From assembly GCA_949291345.1 (NCBI GenBank), contig CASEVP010000014.1:6457-70456 (forward strand): a stretch of DNA of 64,000 nucleotides, read 5' to 3'. The translations under genes and the position numbers were made by a program. Under the pieces are notes generated by a model. It saw nothing but the letters and a program-made list of their open reading frames with translations. It had not been told where the DNA came from and did not search any database. The stretch comes from an uncultured Ruminococcus sp. (GTDB lineage: Bacteria; Bacillota; Clostridia; Oscillospirales; Ruminococcaceae). Below, piece by piece: positions 60,557 to 64,000 of the stretch (positions are counted from its first letter, which is position 1; every line of letters starts with the position of its first letter).

Positions 60557-60585
60557 TTGAAAAAAGTTGTATTATGTTGTATAAT
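60557..60585 (+). promoter_or_regulatory. Sigma-A promoter of gdhA
   Basis: TTGAAA-17 nt-TATAAT. Confidence 0.6.
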
Positions 60586-60676
60586 ATTTATTGTCTGAAG
60601 TTCGTGTACAATTGTTTGAAGGAAAAGTACAGACAAACGACATGCGACATCTTTGTGAGGATAAAAAAATCCATGA

Positions 60677-62080
<1,404 letters not shown>

Positions 62081-62128
62081 ACAAAAGCGTTTGATAAATT
62101 TGTTTAAATAACATTCCTATAGGAAAAC

Positions 62129-62174
62129 AAAACAGTCTGTTTCCAGTAAAAAATCTTGGAAACAGACTGTTTTT
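62129..62174 (+). terminator. Terminator after gdhA
   Basis: AAACAGTCTGTTTCCA...TGGAAACAGACTG-T5. Confidence 0.8.
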
Positions 62175-62461
62175 CATTCCAATTTTTTAATTACTTTCAC
62201 AAATCCGGTAAAACAACATGGCTCTGCTTCAGAAAAATCTTCATCTATCCACAGACTGGTATAAATTGCATCAAGCGGTAAACAACATCCCACAAAAAAG
62301 CTTTCGTATCCGCTTTATCAGCTAGCAATTGCAAAAAGGAGCATCTGATACTTCATAAATCAATGGTTTCATAACAGATGCTTTCTATCATTTTATAGAA
62401 ACCATTCACATAAAAAGAAATAAACATTTGAATTTGAAACAGTTTCTAGTAAAACGCCCTC

Positions 62462-63031
62462 TTAATTATCACTCAAATCAAGCAATTCTTCCTTATTCGA
62501 AAAAGCCGCTTCCAAAATTTTTCCGTAAAATCCAGCAGGATTCAACATAATCTGTTCTCCAAGATATTTTGCCTGGGTATAATCGGGCGCATACAGTTTC
62601 AAATCCAACAAATCCACCTGTACATCCAAACACCGTACATGCACATAATATCCCTTTTCAAGTGGAATATAGTTGATCTTCACTTCATTTTCCCGCTTAA
62701 TTCGAGCAAAATAGCGCAGTGCGGCAGACACCAGTTTGTCCCGGTAGGCCTTCCCCACATAATTACGCAATTCTTTTGCAGTCCGAACGCCATTTTCTGT
62801 TAGAGTATAATATTCTGTACCGTCATCTTGTCGTACCACTACCACAGATTGATGCTCTGTCAAATATACAATGGATTCCTGATAGGCAAAATAATTGATA
62901 ATATCATTGCTCACCGCAATATCATATAAATGGGTCACTCGTACTGGCTTATCGATTTTATACAAAAGATAACATATCAAAATATTTGCCGTATGGGGAT
63001 CCATAATTGGCGGCGTTGCCATTTTCGACAT
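62462..63031 (-). CDS. DUF4364-family winged-helix protein
   Basis: ILICYLL, INYF, Y.LTENG, LKLYAP, NPAGFY; start uncertain. Confidence 0.75.
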   Translation of the reverse strand: MSKMATPPIMDPHTANILICYLLYKIDKPVRVTHLYDIAVSNDIINYFAYQESIVYLTEHQSVVVVRQDDGTEYYTLTENGVRTAKELRNYVGKAYRDKLVSAALRYFARIKRENEVKINYIPLEKGYYVHVRCLDVQVDLLDLKLYAPDYTQAKYLGEQIMLNPAGFYGKILEAAFSNKEELLDLSDN

Positions 63032-63204
63032 TTTTAACAAATTTTCCTCTTGCAAAACAGCCACCTCTCTCCATCCATATCCGACTGTCATATGATTTTC
63101 CTTACGATGCTGCACAGATAGTCGGTATCTATTGTGTATCATCACTTTTGGCTGTACAAAACCATTTGTAACACTTTTGCACCACTTTGTGCTGCATTCT
63201 TCAT

Positions 63205-64000
63205 TCAAAAATTGGGATAATCCAGCATATGCGACAATAGTGCAATATTCACTGCGGATTCCACACAGGGAACGGCACGAGGTACAATACACGGATCATG
63301 TCTGCCATGAATTTGCAGAGTTTCATTGGTTTTAGCTCGAAAATCTACAGTTTCCTGTTTTTTGGCAATAGAAGAAGTTGGTTTTACAGCCACATTCAGA
63401 ATAATGGGCATACCCGACGAGATACCCCCTAATATTCCACCATGATTATTGGTTTTCGTCTTCACATGCCCTACATCATCAATATAAAAAGGATCATTAT
63501 TTTGACTGCCAACCATCTCTGCCACCTGAAATCCGGCACCAAACTCAATGCCTTTGACAGCCGGTACACCAAACACCAGTTGGGCAATGGTATTTTCCAA
63601 TCCTTCAAACATAGGAGAACCAACACCAGCTGGAACATTAACAACAGCACATTCAATAATACCGCCTAAAGATTCGCCTCCATGACGTGCATTACGGATG
63701 TCCTCCCGCATCAATTCACCCTGTGCATCATTGATTACCGGAAACTCCTTTTCCCGCACTGCTAAGATATCTTCCTTTGTCACTTTTGTATGGCTGAACA
63801 TATCGTCATGAATTCCATGCACCGATGCCACATGAGCACCAGTATAGATACCACGGCGCTCAAGAATTTGCCCGCAAATTGCACCAGCAAAACACAAAGG
63901 TGCCGTTAAGCGACCTGAAAAATGTCCGCCGCCTCGAATATCATTAAACCCACGATACCGCATTGCACCTGTATAATCAGCGTGACCGGGACGCGGAAGG
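63205..64000 (-). CDS. aroC: Chorismate synthase, 3' part only (5' end beyond the window)
   Basis: RPGHAD, RGGGHFSGRLTA, NNHGGILGGIS, KPTSS, GRHDPC. Confidence 0.96.
   Translation of the reverse strand, partial: LPRPGHADYTGAMRYRGFNDIRGGGHFSGRLTAPLCFAGAICGQILERRGIYTGAHVASVHGIHDDMFSHTKVTKEDILAVREKEFPVINDAQGELMREDIRNARHGGESLGGIIECAVVNVPAGVGSPMFEGLENTIAQLVFGVPAVKGIEFGAGFQVAEMVGSQNNDPFYIDDVGHVKTKTNNHGGILGGISSGMPIILNVAVKPTSSIAKKQETVDFRAKTNETLQIHGRHDPCIVPRAVPCVESAVNIALLSHMLDYPNF

Overview
Core chromosomal region of a low-GC Firmicute, most consistent with a cellulolytic, spore-forming Ruminococcus-like organism (dockerin protein, CBM79-like/GH5 lipoprotein, spoIIR, SCIFF locus). Most genes are on the minus strand and are housekeeping: scfAB, yajC, nfnAB-like pair, efp, aroQ, rpsU, leuS, rsfS-LCP-yqeK-nadD-yhbY-rdgB-ftsY-smc, rnc, plsX, trmFO-topA-dprA, infC-rpmI-rplT, hemW, pduL, corA, pfl genes, mnmA, feoAB, gap, gdhA and aroC. 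I saw no rRNA, tRNA, CRISPR array or mobile element. Two observations stand out. (1) Pyruvate formate-lyase is split: PflB ends before its glycyl-radical domain, that domain is a separate 79-aa gene, and between them lies a 69-aa gene that looks like a radical-less paralogue of the same module with a C-x6-CC motif. (2) An unannotated MgtL-like proline-rich leader peptide (MNADPYPLP...) lies upstream of corA, with mutually exclusive hairpins that could sequester the corA ribosome-binding site. Also noted: a frameshifted C39-like peptidase, an orphan promoter-terminator sRNA candidate upstream of gdhA, and structured leaders for rpsU and a HAD gene. All family calls come from motif recognition by eye; no searches or folding programs were run.
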